NCBI RefSeq assembly: GCF_000829315.1
Contig: NZ_AP013028.1
Coordinates: 630,001-662,000 of the forward strand
Source: Wolbachia endosymbiont of Cimex lectularius
GTDB taxonomy: Bacteria > Pseudomonadota > Alphaproteobacteria > Rickettsiales > Anaplasmataceae
Direction: 5' to 3'
DNA length: 32,000 nucleotides
Position 1 is the first letter of the stretch. Each line of letters begins with the position of its first letter. The notes below the pieces were generated by a model that saw only the letters and a program-made list of their open reading frames with translations, was not told the DNA's origin and did no database searches. Shown in pieces: positions 18,096 through 27,070 of the stretch. Both the position numbers and the translations under genes were made by a program.

Positions 18096-20219
18096 CTATT
18101 CTACCAGTATCTTTCTCTTTCCCGAGTAGTTTGGAGCACTGACAATACCTTCTTTTTCCATTCTTTCAACAATATTTGCAGCTCTGTTATAGCCTATTCT
18201 AAATTGTCGTTGAATGTAACTAGTTGAAACCTTTCGATCTCTCTGAATGATAGCCACTGCTTGGTTGTACAGGTCGTTCTCTTCATCTTCTGTTTCACCG
18301 TCTAATTCTGCAGAGGAATTTTCATCCTCTTTGGTGATTTCCTCCATGTAGTTCGGCTCGCCTTGCATTTTCAAATGATCAACTATATTTTGCACTTCAT
18401 TATCACTCACAAACGGACCGTGAACTCTAATAATCTTACCACCAGAAGCCATATAGAGCATATCACCCATACCTAGCAATTGTTCAGCCCCCTGTTCACC
18501 GAGTATTGTTCTGCTATCTATTTTAGAAGTCACAGCAAAACTGATTCTCGTTGGGAAGTTTGCCTTTATCACACCTGTTATCACATCCACAGATGGACGC
18601 TGCGTTGCCATTATGATGTGTATTCCTGCAGCACGAGCCATTTGAGCTAAACGCTGAATAGAGCACTCTATTTCTTTGCCAGCAACAAGCATCAAATCTG
18701 CCATTTCATCCACGATCACCACGATATACGGAAATGTTTCCATCTTGATTGGTATTTTTTCAAACAAGGGTTTGCCTGTTGTTGAATTAAAGCCAATTTG
18801 CACAACACGCTCCAATTCTATCCCATTATTCATCGCTTCTGTGATTTTTTGGTTATAGTTTATCACATTGCGCACATTCAAATACGACATCATACGATAG
18901 CGATCTTCCATCTCTTTTACTATCCACTTAAGAGCAATAATAGCCTTTTTTGGTTCCGTTACCACTGGTGTTATGAGATGCGGTATTGCATCATATATTG
19001 AAAGCTCAAGCATTTTGGGGTCGATCATTATCATCTTGCATTCATTTGGATTTAATCGATAAACGAGTGAAAGAATCATGGTGTTAATTGCAACTGATTT
19101 ACCCGATCCTGTGGTTCCAGCAACAAGCAAGTGCGGCATTTTGGCCAAATCGGCAATAACTGATTTTCCGCTTATTTCTTTGCCAAGCGTAATTGGAAGA
19201 TTTAAGTTTGCATTCTGGTATTCTGGCGATTCGAGTAAGTCGCGCAGCATGACAATTTCTCGCTCCTTATTTGGCAATTCTATTCCCATGGCGTTTTGTC
19301 CACGAATTATTGAAATACGCGCAGAGAGCGCACTCATTGAACGTGCAATGTCATCCGCAAGACCAATTACTCTTGCAGACTTTGTGCCGGCCTGTGGCTC
19401 AAGTTTGTATAAAGTCACAACTGGTCCATAACATACATTGATAATTTTTCCTTGCACGCCAAAATCACTCAAAACTTGCTCCAGCAAAGATAAATTCTTG
19501 TTGCTCTCCATTTCATTCAACTGTTTTCTCTGCAAAGACTCTTCTACCTTAGAAAGTAAACGAATACTTGGAAACTTAAACCCACTAGAAGGTTTAAAAA
19601 TATCTCCAGTAACTTTTTTCTGTCTTTCTTTTGGTTGTTGTCTGGTAGCAACTTGAGCCCTATGTTGTTCTTTTACTACTGATGATACAATAGAATGTTC
19701 AGCAGTTTTACGTAACCTGAAAAACAGAACATTTGCAAAAAGGGGAGCTATTTTTTTACACAAGAAGAATATAAAGTAAATCGTTCTCTTCCAACCGATT
19801 AGTCCCACAATACCTATCGACATTGCTACTGTGAATATATAAAACGGGTAGTTACTAATTAGTGCATTTCCTATTATTCCACCGTGCATATACTTTGCAG
19901 TGATGCCGAGTGAAAGTTGTGCTAATATAGCGCACATCCCTAAATTAATTAATGTTAAGTAGAGAATTTTCAGCAACCTTTTTGATGGTCTGAGGGTCAA
20001 AAAATAAACTATAGTTGTAGCTACTGCAATACTAGTTAATCCGAGAAATTGAACTAATATATCAGATAAATACGAACCTACTATTCCACATAAATTCGTT
20101 ACTTCTTCTTCTGTAGCTGTGTTTAAGGATGGATCTTTATAGTTGTAGCTAAAAACTGATATATATACACACATCAGGAGCAATAGGCATATTGCTGATT
20201 TCAGATATTTTTTTAGCAT
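18096..20219 (-). CDS. ftsK: DNA translocase FtsK
   Basis: 707 aa with N-terminal TM helices, Walker A GTTGSGKS, Walker B VVIVDEMADL and a C-terminal winged-helix gamma domain (STSYIQRQFRIGYNRAANIVERME). Confidence 0.95.
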   Translation of the reverse strand: MLKKYLKSAICLLLLMCVYISVFSYNYKDPSLNTATEEEVTNLCGIVGSYLSDILVQFLGLTSIAVATTIVYFLTLRPSKRLLKILYLTLINLGMCAILAQLSLGITAKYMHGGIIGNALISNYPFYIFTVAMSIGIVGLIGWKRTIYFIFFLCKKIAPLFANVLFFRLRKTAEHSIVSSVVKEQHRAQVATRQQPKERQKKVTGDIFKPSSGFKFPSIRLLSKVEESLQRKQLNEMESNKNLSLLEQVLSDFGVQGKIINVCYGPVVTLYKLEPQAGTKSARVIGLADDIARSMSALSARISIIRGQNAMGIELPNKEREIVMLRDLLESPEYQNANLNLPITLGKEISGKSVIADLAKMPHLLVAGTTGSGKSVAINTMILSLVYRLNPNECKMIMIDPKMLELSIYDAIPHLITPVVTEPKKAIIALKWIVKEMEDRYRMMSYLNVRNVINYNQKITEAMNNGIELERVVQIGFNSTTGKPLFEKIPIKMETFPYIVVIVDEMADLMLVAGKEIECSIQRLAQMARAAGIHIIMATQRPSVDVITGVIKANFPTRISFAVTSKIDSRTILGEQGAEQLLGMGDMLYMASGGKIIRVHGPFVSDNEVQNIVDHLKMQGEPNYMEEITKEDENSSAELDGETEDEENDLYNQAVAIIQRDRKVSTSYIQRQFRIGYNRAANIVERMEKEGIVSAPNYSGKRKILVE

Positions 20220-20223
20220 CTAC

Positions 20224-20499
20224 TTAAAAGTAGTAATTTATCATATATTTTACAAAGTGAATTGCTATTAGCAATATCATCACAGACAAATCTAACTCGT
20301 TGAATGGTCGTATATACCTTCTAATAACCTTTAGTGGCGGATGGGTAAGTCGGTTCAAAGTGTGCATTATGTTGCTCACAACTTCGTTATACATATTTAC
20401 CACATTAAGCTTAATCAGCCAATTTAAAGCAATTCAACATATTAGAATGAAGCTATAAAGATCAAACAATGTGTTGAGTAAATATATTATTGGATGCAT
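20224..20499 (-). pseudogene. yggT: YggT-family membrane protein with an in-frame TGA
   Basis: The - strand reads MHPIIYLLNTLFDLYSFILIC, then TGA (20436-20434), then IALNWLIKLNVVNMYNEVVSNIMHTLNRLTHPPLKVIRRYIRPFNELDLSVMILLIAIHF.... The whole 91-codon frame is otherwise open and YggT-like. TGA is used as a true stop by aatA, pgsA and others in this window. Confidence 0.65.
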
Positions 20500-20643
20500 G
20501 CACGTTTATTACATGAAAATTATATATAAAGATAGATATTTAGGAATTCTAAATCAATCTCTTTAAGTAATACTTCCTCTATGCTTATTATTTGATTAGA
20601 CCACCTTTTTCCTCTCTCGCATGTCACGAAGCTAGGTTCGCAA

Positions 20644-21096
20644 CTACTGGTCACGCAGCTGGTCTATGGATATAATACTGCCATTTGGCAGGTTTTCAGT
20701 GTGTCTTTCACTGTTATATTCTTTGTCAGAATCGATACTGATCTTGTCAAATATTAAAACATCCCCTGAAACTTTATCATGGAATTCGCTAATAGCAAAA
20801 AATGGCACGGTAATTTGCTCTTGTTTTCCGCGGAAACTCAAACTTACGCTAAATTTATCCTCAAAAATTTTTAAATCATAGAATTGATGTTGTAATATAA
20901 TAAGTACTTGAGTAGGGTATGACTTTCTTAGGTAATCTGGCACGATAACACCGTTAAAATAAGTGAAAAATAATATTTCTAAATGAGGAGTAAAATCATT
21001 GCCTGATATGATATCTAAAGCCTTTTTAATGACTTGAAACTTGGCGAAATTAAGCGATCTCTTATAATCTATTTTGTCCATATAACTTTTGCACAT
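20644..21096 (-). CDS. sspB: ClpXP adaptor SspB (alphaproteobacterial type)
   Basis: 150 aa. The block YPTQVLIILQHQFYDLKIFEDKFSVSLSFRGKQEQITVPFFAISEFHD matches the conserved SspB-alpha core (YP..MTIVLQHQ.WDL.V.ED.F.V.LSF....L.IPF.AI..F.D). Confidence 0.8.
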   Translation of the reverse strand: MCKSYMDKIDYKRSLNFAKFQVIKKALDIISGNDFTPHLEILFFTYFNGVIVPDYLRKSYPTQVLIILQHQFYDLKIFEDKFSVSLSFRGKQEQITVPFFAISEFHDKVSGDVLIFDKISIDSDKEYNSERHTENLPNGSIISIDQLRDQ

Positions 21097-21103
21097 GTAA
21101 ATT

Positions 21104-21400
21104 CTGGGGGAACTTCTGTTACCCGGCGTTCCCTGAACCGTGCTTTAGTAATAAATTGGCTGTGCTAAATTAAGCAGCAACACGGAATTCATTACCGTTA
21201 GCAGCAAAATTATCGTTTGCATTTAAATTACGAACTCTTAACGGTGGTGTCTAACCGAGCAAAGTTACCATCTTTACTATGCATGTCGATCCTTATTCGC
21301 CCCCATATAAATTAAAAACATGGTGGAGGCGCCGAGTACTGCCCTCGGGTCCAATACACCTATTACAAGGTAATTTTATTGCCATAGTGTATAAAACGCA
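21104..21400 (-). ncRNA. ssrA: two-piece (circularly permuted) tmRNA precursor
   Basis: On the - strand the acceptor piece ends ...CCGAGGGCAGTACTCGGCGCCTCCACCA (CCA at 21323-21321). A 16-nt intervening segment spans 21320-21305. The coding piece starts GGGGGCGAATAAGGATCGAC at 21304, and GGGGGCG pairs with CGCCTCC including the G3:U identity pair. The tag frame GCA AAC GAT AAT TTT GCT GCT AAC GGT AAT GAA TTC CGT GTT GCT GCT TAA (21220-21170) encodes ANDNFAANGNEFRVAA. The outer ends are approximate. Confidence 0.9.
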
Positions 21401-21407
21401 CATAGCT

Positions 21408-21436
21408 ATTATATAATAATATCAAGTAAATGTCAA
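21408..21436 (-). promoter_or_regulatory. consensus sigma-70 promoter of ssrA
   Basis: On the - strand: TTGACA (21436-21431), 17-nt spacer, TATAAT (21413-21408). Confidence 0.7.
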
Positions 21437-21521
21437 GATATTTAACTTTAAGTTAATCGGTAGCCAATACCAATTCCCACTACACAAAAAGCGGACAGAC
21501 AACAGTAGAGAAAATCTATCC

Positions 21522-21836
21522 AACAGAAACAAAAAAACTACTTGACAAATTCCTTCAGTTCCCTTATCATGTTATTGAAGCTATTTATTTATCTTCGCAA
21601 TCTGTGCAGGTTAATGACAAAAAACTTAGGGTATTTGGTGCCTCATTGTTTAAATTTTTGCACTATGTGCACCTCATGTCTTCGTAAAACTTCTGGTTTT
21701 TACCTATACAAGCTGAAACGCGCTTATAAGTCGTTTAAGACAGTATAGAACGTCAAATAGACAAGGGAGAATTTGAATACTAGCTGCTCTAGGTTTCTTT
21801 TGCCTTTTCTCCTGCTTAGTAAATTTCTTAATATTC
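21522..21836 (+). ncRNA. candidate promoter-sRNA-terminator module, copy B
   Basis: A-tract CAGAAACAAAAAAACTAC, -35 TTGACA (21542-21547), 17-nt spacer, -10 TATCAT (21565-21570), hairpin TGCAC-TAT-GTGCA. It ends AGGTTTCTTTTGCCTTTTCTCCTGCTTAGTAAATTTCTTAA. Confidence 0.45.
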
Positions 21837-21917
21837 ATAGCTAAGGCAATTTAATAGCACATAAAAAATGCCAAAAATAATCGCCTTTTTCTGCTCATGT
21901 GCAAGAAGTCTATTACA

Positions 21918-22958
21918 TTAGTAGCTCTTCACTAAGTCTACTAATGCGGCAATATTTTCAACTGGAGTGTCAGGAAGCACTCCATGCCCGAGATTAAATA
22001 TGAAAGGTAAATCTCTAAAGCAATCTATTATACGCTTCGCTTCTTCAATTGCTTTAGCTTTGTTATATGCCAAGAGACTAGGATTGAGGTTTCCTTGCAG
22101 AGGGACTTTCAGGTTTTCTTTTGCCCATTCTATTGGAATGTCATAATCTATACTCACTGCTGACACACCCGTTTGGTCACAGTAATCCTTATAGAAACTT
22201 CCAGCAGATCTTGGAAAACCTATTATTGGAAAATCTGGGAACCTATCCCTTATCGCTAAGGTAATCTTCTCTGTCGGCTCAATAACATATTTCTTAAATA
22301 GCCCTTTCGACAACGCTCCGGCATTACTGTCAAACAACTGTATAACATCTGCTCCAAACTCTATTTGCTTAATCAGATAGGTGATTGTTGCCTCCGTTAT
22401 CCGCTTGATTATTTTTTCCAAGCTTGAGGGACAGAAATTCAGCACTTTAGAAAAGGTTTTGCTGCTTCCACCCTCTATGATGTACGAAGCAACTGTCCAC
22501 GGACCTCCAGCAAACCCTATGAGAGACTTTTCTTCCGGCAAACAACTCCTTACTCCCTTTATAGCGTTTAGAATTGGCAGGGTCTTAGCTTCAATTTCTT
22601 GTGGACTTCCCAGCTCTTTAAAATCTTCCACGGGCCTTATCATCGGACCTACGCCGAGCACGAAGTTTACATCACAACCCAAGGCATCAGCCACTATTAA
22701 AATGTCAGAGAAGATTATCGCTGCATCCATGTTAAACCTTGCAACTGGTTGCAGTGTCAGCTCTACCACCAAATCTGTGCTATAACACATCTCTATAAAA
22801 TTACTCACGTTTTTTACCGCTTCGCGGTACTCAGGGAGAGATCTACCCGCCTGGCGCATTAGCCAAATTGGTGTCTCCTTACCCTGCCTGCCCTCACTTA
22901 TGGTTCTTGCTATTATTGTTTTACTGTTTTTCAGTTTAGTTAATCTGTCTTCTTTCAT
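21918..22958 (-). CDS. hemE: uroporphyrinogen decarboxylase
   Basis: 346 aa with the URO-D signature [10 protein letters not shown] and a full-length match to the family pattern. Confidence 0.95.
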   Translation of the reverse strand: MKEDRLTKLKNSKTIIARTISEGRQGKETPIWLMRQAGRSLPEYREAVKNVSNFIEMCYSTDLVVELTLQPVARFNMDAAIIFSDILIVADALGCDVNFVLGVGPMIRPVEDFKELGSPQEIEAKTLPILNAIKGVRSCLPEEKSLIGFAGGPWTVASYIIEGGSSKTFSKVLNFCPSSLEKIIKRITEATITYLIKQIEFGADVIQLFDSNAGALSKGLFKKYVIEPTEKITLAIRDRFPDFPIIGFPRSAGSFYKDYCDQTGVSAVSIDYDIPIEWAKENLKVPLQGNLNPSLLAYNKAKAIEEAKRIIDCFRDLPFIFNLGHGVLPDTPVENIAALVDLVKSY

Positions 22959-23340
22959 ATAGTAAAGTATAATAGTAGTAGTAGTTTTATCAACGGTCTG
23001 TTATTAACTTAAAATTCTATGAAGGTTCTTAATTGCCCGACTTGTGGATAAGTATGTTAATAACTTTTATATATTATTGATTTTCTGTAGTAACTTATGT
23101 GTATAAGTAGAATGTTCAGATTGTTAGTAATCTTCCCTTATGGAAAAGGTTTTCCCATTGTACGCTGTTATATAATTATGTGTACACCAGTGAAAAAGTT
23201 GTTGATCAATTGTTAGTATCCGGTATCAACAGATAATCCACAAATTAATTTGACATTATTCACATGCTTATTAAACATTTAACAACAGTTTTCTTGGTAA
23301 ACCTGATCCAAAAATATTTTTACCATTAGTAGGAAGCAAG
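22959..23340. other. putative chromosomal replication origin (oriC)
   Basis: Divergent hemE/tlyC intergenic region, which as I recall is the published Wolbachia ori location. There is a perfect DnaA box TTATCCACA (complement of 23043-23051) and a one-mismatch box TAATCCACA (23234-23242). Near-CtrA boxes are TTAA-N7-TTAT (23245-23259) and TTAT-N7-TTAA (23068-area not matched; 23268-23282). The AT-rich tract TTTTATATATTATTGATTTT is also present. Gene orientation switches from mostly - to mostly + here. Confidence 0.55.
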
Positions 23341-24156
23341 TTGAGTAAAAAAGGGACTTTTATCAAACGGGTAGCGTACAGAATTTTTTTGTTTCTTTTC
23401 AAAAGGGCTCGTATGCTGAGAGAGTGCGCAACTGAAGCATTAATGAAGGATTTACCAGATCTTAGTGTATTTAACGGTCTAATAAAATTCCATGACTGCA
23501 ATATAACTGATGTGATGACTCCACGTACAGAAATATGTGCAGTGGACATTGAATCGAGTAAACATGAGGTAATAAAGAAAATAAAAAATATTCGTCACAC
23601 TAAGGTGTTAATTTATAAAAATGATTTTGATAATGTGATAGGTTTTTTCTACGTAAAAGATGTTATCCTAAACGAAGACGAAGGTTTTAGCCTAAGAGAA
23701 CTTGTACAAAACGTAATATTTGTACCGCCCTCGATGAAGACTACCAGCCTTTTTGTCAAGATGAGATCTTCCAGATCGTATTTGGCTGTTGTGTTGGATG
23801 AATATGGTGGAACTGATGGCTTAATTTCAGTAACTGATCTTGTGGAAGAATTGGTATCAAATATTAACAGTGGAAGCGAACCTTCTGAGTATGCAATTGT
23901 AAAGTTATCTCAGAGTAAGTTTGAGATATCAGCTAGAACTCTGATAAAGGACATAGAGGAAAATCTAAAAATAGAATTACGCAGCCCTGAGGAGGATTAT
24001 GCCACACTTGGTGGGTTAATTCTTTCAGTCGTTGGCAAGGTACCTTCTGTAGGTGAAGTTGTTAAGTACAAAAATGGTGTAAAATTCGTTGTTAAGAATG
24101 CGAGTGAGAGGTACATTGATAAGGTAGTGTTAGACTTGAGTGATTACAGAAACTAG
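23341..24156 (+). CDS. tlyC: CBS-pair/CorC_HlyC domain protein (TlyC/CorC family)
   Basis: 271 aa. DVMTPRTEI opens a CBS pair, and LAVVLDEYGGTDGLISVTDLVEELV is the typical CorC block, followed by a C-terminal CorC_HlyC-like domain. The TTG start at 23341 is uncertain. Confidence 0.8.
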   Translation: MSKKGTFIKRVAYRIFLFLFKRARMLRECATEALMKDLPDLSVFNGLIKFHDCNITDVMTPRTEICAVDIESSKHEVIKKIKNIRHTKVLIYKNDFDNVIGFFYVKDVILNEDEGFSLRELVQNVIFVPPSMKTTSLFVKMRSSRSYLAVVLDEYGGTDGLISVTDLVEELVSNINSGSEPSEYAIVKLSQSKFEISARTLIKDIEENLKIELRSPEEDYATLGGLILSVVGKVPSVGEVVKYKNGVKFVVKNASERYIDKVVLDLSDYRN

Positions 24157-24515
24157 ATTAGATCCCTTGCACAACCTGCTTTCTGATTTTGCGTTAAAAT
24201 TTCCTTACGCTCCTCAAATACCTCAAGTATTCTGCGGTTGCGTTTCTCCTGAAAATTCCTTACCATAAATTGGTTATGAAAGAGATCTATTGATATTCCT
24301 TGTGAGAAAGTGCTTTGCCTTTAGGTAAAGAGGTCTATAATATTCACATGCATAGCGCCGATATGTGCTTTAGGTAAGTGCACTTAGCCTAGATCTGAGG
24401 TGCTGTGGAAAGTTTCGATTTTCGCGTTAATGCTTGTAAGTGCTTTTACAAAGTGTGGAATCACTTTAAGTCAAAGTTAAGCCTATTTCCAACAAGTTGT
24501 TTTCACAAGTGCAGT

Positions 24516-25107
24516 TTATTTTAGCATTATAGTGCTCAGTAGTAAGTAGGTCATGTAGATGCTAATATCTTTTGTATTTAGGCTGTTATCTTTTTTCTTG
24601 CTTAATTTCTCTACTAATGATTTGCTTAAGGGCTTGTGTTCACTCGAAACTTGCATAGTTAATAGAGTTTTGTCTTTCTCCTGGCTTAATAAAACGGACA
24701 CCCGTTCAACTTCTGCTACTGCGCTGGCTATGGTTATTACCATACTGGAAATTATTTTGTTTATCTTTTCAATTAAACTTACTTTGCATTTCACAAAATA
24801 TGCATCTGTTTTCCACGTGAGTTTTATTTTTTTTTAGTAGGTAGTTCTCTGTATTCAGCTTGGTCCGGTCAAAGCTGCGGTTGTCTGCTGAAGAAGAGTA
24901 TGCCTGTTTCATAACTTTGTGTTTGTACATTAAATCATCAGAACTTTCCCTAAGCAATGACAATGCTTCCTTCCACGCGCCAGCGTCGTTCTTGCCACCT
25001 GCTTCAAGCTCTTCTAAGGCGAACATTATCCCATTCATAGAGTTAGCAAAGTCATGAAGTAGTCGTCCTGATAGTAGCTCTGTTATCAATAACACGTTTT
25101 TGCTCAT
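24516..25107 (-). pseudogene. chpT: ChpT-like histidine phosphotransferase split by a frameshift in an A9 tract
   Basis: The N-terminal ORF (25107-24769) has LITELLSGRLLHDFANSMNGIMFALEELE, the ChpT/HisKA-like H-box. The second ORF frame is open from inside the A9 run (T9 on + at 24827-24835) to 24516. One fewer A gives a continuous 196-aa protein of normal ChpT size. Confidence 0.6.
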
Positions 25108-25240
25108 TAGACAATTGTAAATGATTTAGGTTACCCTATATTGGTAGACATATGATAGTCAATTGAGAGAAAGTTTCGTTGTACTTTTTGTGCCAGGTTA
25201 TTAATATAGTATTAATAATCGTAGAATTTGTGTAAAGATT

Positions 25241-26278
25241 ATGAGTATTTATGCTAAATCGGGAGTAGACCTTAAGCTGTATAATAAGCTAATAAAAGAG
25301 GTCAATCTTATAGTTGGGAAAACTAAAAAAAAGGAAGAGGTTATTAGCGAAGAAGGTTCATTTTCTGCGCTATTCGATTTCGCTGCGCTGAGTAAAAAAT
25401 ATGACCATCCAGTACTCGTTTCTTCAACTGACGGGGTAGGCACAAAGCTGTTGATAGCTCAAGAAGTAAACAAACATGATACTATAGGCATAGATCTAGT
25501 TGCAATGTGTGTGAATGACTTGCTTGCGCAAGGAGCAACACCTTTATTTTTCCTAGATTATTTCGCAACAGGTATTTTAAGTAAAGATGTTCTATTGTCT
25601 GTAGTTCAGGGTATTGCAGAAGGATGTAAGCAGGCTAATATAGCATTAGTTGGTGGAGAAACTGCAGAAATGCCTGGAATGTATAGTAATAATCACTATG
25701 ACCTTGCAGGATTTGTAGTTGGAGTGGTCGATAAAAGTAAGATCCTTCCAAAATGTAACACTATAAAGGAAGGCGACTGTATAGTTGGCTTAGAGTCGAG
25801 TGGAATTCACTCAAATGGGTTTTCTTTGGTGCGACATATTTTTAAAGATTTAGGCATAAATTATAATGACTTATCTCCGTGGAATAATAAAATCTGGAGT
25901 GAGATGCTACTTGAACCAACAAAAATATACGTTGATTCTTTATTGCCTATTATGTCAAAGGTAAAAGGTATTGCACACATCACAGGTGGTGGCTTGGTAG
26001 ATAATGTTCCACGGATTCTTCCAGAAGATTTGTCTGCAGACATAGATATTGGTTCTTGGGAATGGCCAGATATATTTTTGTGGCTGATAAAAGAGGGTAA
26101 AGTGGAGAAGAGGGAAATGTTAAGGACATTCAATTGTGGTATTGGTATGGTATTGATCGTAGATCCTGAGAATATGCAAAGTGTAAAAAATCATTTCCAA
26201 AAACGTGGAGAAAAAATTGAAATTATTGGAAAACTTCATGAGAAATATAAACCACCACTTGATGAAGTAGCGTCTTAG
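25241..26278 (+). CDS. purM: phosphoribosylformylglycinamidine cyclo-ligase (AIR synthetase)
   Basis: 345 aa with the PurM blocks STDGVGTKL and GGETAEMPGMY. Confidence 0.95.
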   Translation: MSIYAKSGVDLKLYNKLIKEVNLIVGKTKKKEEVISEEGSFSALFDFAALSKKYDHPVLVSSTDGVGTKLLIAQEVNKHDTIGIDLVAMCVNDLLAQGATPLFFLDYFATGILSKDVLLSVVQGIAEGCKQANIALVGGETAEMPGMYSNNHYDLAGFVVGVVDKSKILPKCNTIKEGDCIVGLESSGIHSNGFSLVRHIFKDLGINYNDLSPWNNKIWSEMLLEPTKIYVDSLLPIMSKVKGIAHITGGGLVDNVPRILPEDLSADIDIGSWEWPDIFLWLIKEGKVEKREMLRTFNCGIGMVLIVDPENMQSVKNHFQKRGEKIEIIGKLHEKYKPPLDEVAS

Positions 26279-27001
26279 TTAGACTAACTTTACTGACAAT
26301 CTTTCTGCAACTTTTGAATATGCTTCCTTTAGGTTTCCTAAACTTAAACGGAAGACATCTTTATCTAGTTTTTTGTGAGTACTGTTATCCCATAACCTGC
26401 AATTGTCAGGGCTGATCTCATCAGCTAGGATGATCTTTGTTTTATCGCTCATTAGCCTGCCAAATTCTAATTTGAGGTCGACTAAATCTATACCTGCATT
26501 TGAAAATAAGTCAATTAGAACTTTGTTGATTTTTAAGGTTGTAGTTTTAACCTCTTCCATTTCTTCACGAGATAGCCAGCCAAAATATAGCGCGTGGTTT
26601 TCATTTACCATTGGATCAGCCAGATTGTCATCTTTATAGAAAAATTCGATTATAGGAGATATAAGCTTCTCACCTTCTTTTACATTAAAACGTTTGCAAA
26701 AGCTACCGGCTGCGATATTTCTCACTACTATTTCAAGAGGTATAACTTTTAGTTTTTTAACTAGCTGCTCTCTTTCATTCAGAGTTTTTATAAAGTGTGT
26801 GCTAATTCCTGCTTTCTCAAGCTTTTCCATTATAAAAGCGCTAATGAAGTTGTTGATTATTCCCTTACCCTCAATAACCTCATATTTTTCTTTATTAAAG
26901 GCTGTTACGTCGTCTTTAAAGTGCTGTATGACAGTTAACGGATCTTTAGCTTTAATAATAGATTTCGCTTTACCTTCGTATATTATTTTGCCTGGCAGCA
27001 T
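26279..27001 (-). CDS. purC: phosphoribosylaminoimidazole-succinocarboxamide synthase
   Basis: 240 aa with the SAICAR synthetase blocks YEGKAKSI, PLEIVVRN and LADEISPDNCRLWD. Confidence 0.95.
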   Translation of the reverse strand: MLPGKIIYEGKAKSIIKAKDPLTVIQHFKDDVTAFNKEKYEVIEGKGIINNFISAFIMEKLEKAGISTHFIKTLNEREQLVKKLKVIPLEIVVRNIAAGSFCKRFNVKEGEKLISPIIEFFYKDDNLADPMVNENHALYFGWLSREEMEEVKTTTLKINKVLIDLFSNAGIDLVDLKLEFGRLMSDKTKIILADEISPDNCRLWDNSTHKKLDKDVFRLSLGNLKEAYSKVAERLSVKLV

Positions 27002-27070
27002 ATTTGATTTAACTATATATTGTAGATATTACATCAATTTACTACCTAAGTTTACTATAAATTTGCAAAG

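Noticed and set aside
20434-20436. TGA read as Trp (genetic code 4), or TAG read-through at 6832-6834, as an explanation for the interrupted genes.
   Set aside because: aatA, pgsA and the Rpn gene in this same window terminate at TGA in the expected places. Standard code 11 therefore applies, and these are treated as lesions.
21542-21748. ORF-track proteins inside the modules (21542-21748 and 18039-18227), and small ATG peptides in modules A and B (MTKETLYLASHVFLKLLVFTYTS versus MTKNLGYLVPHCLNF...). I considered these as possible type I toxin peptides.
   Set aside because: The tracked ORFs start at the TTG of the -35 hexamer. The ATG peptides differ in length and sequence between copies and are absent in copy C (no ATG). 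There is no SD. This is not a conserved coding signal.
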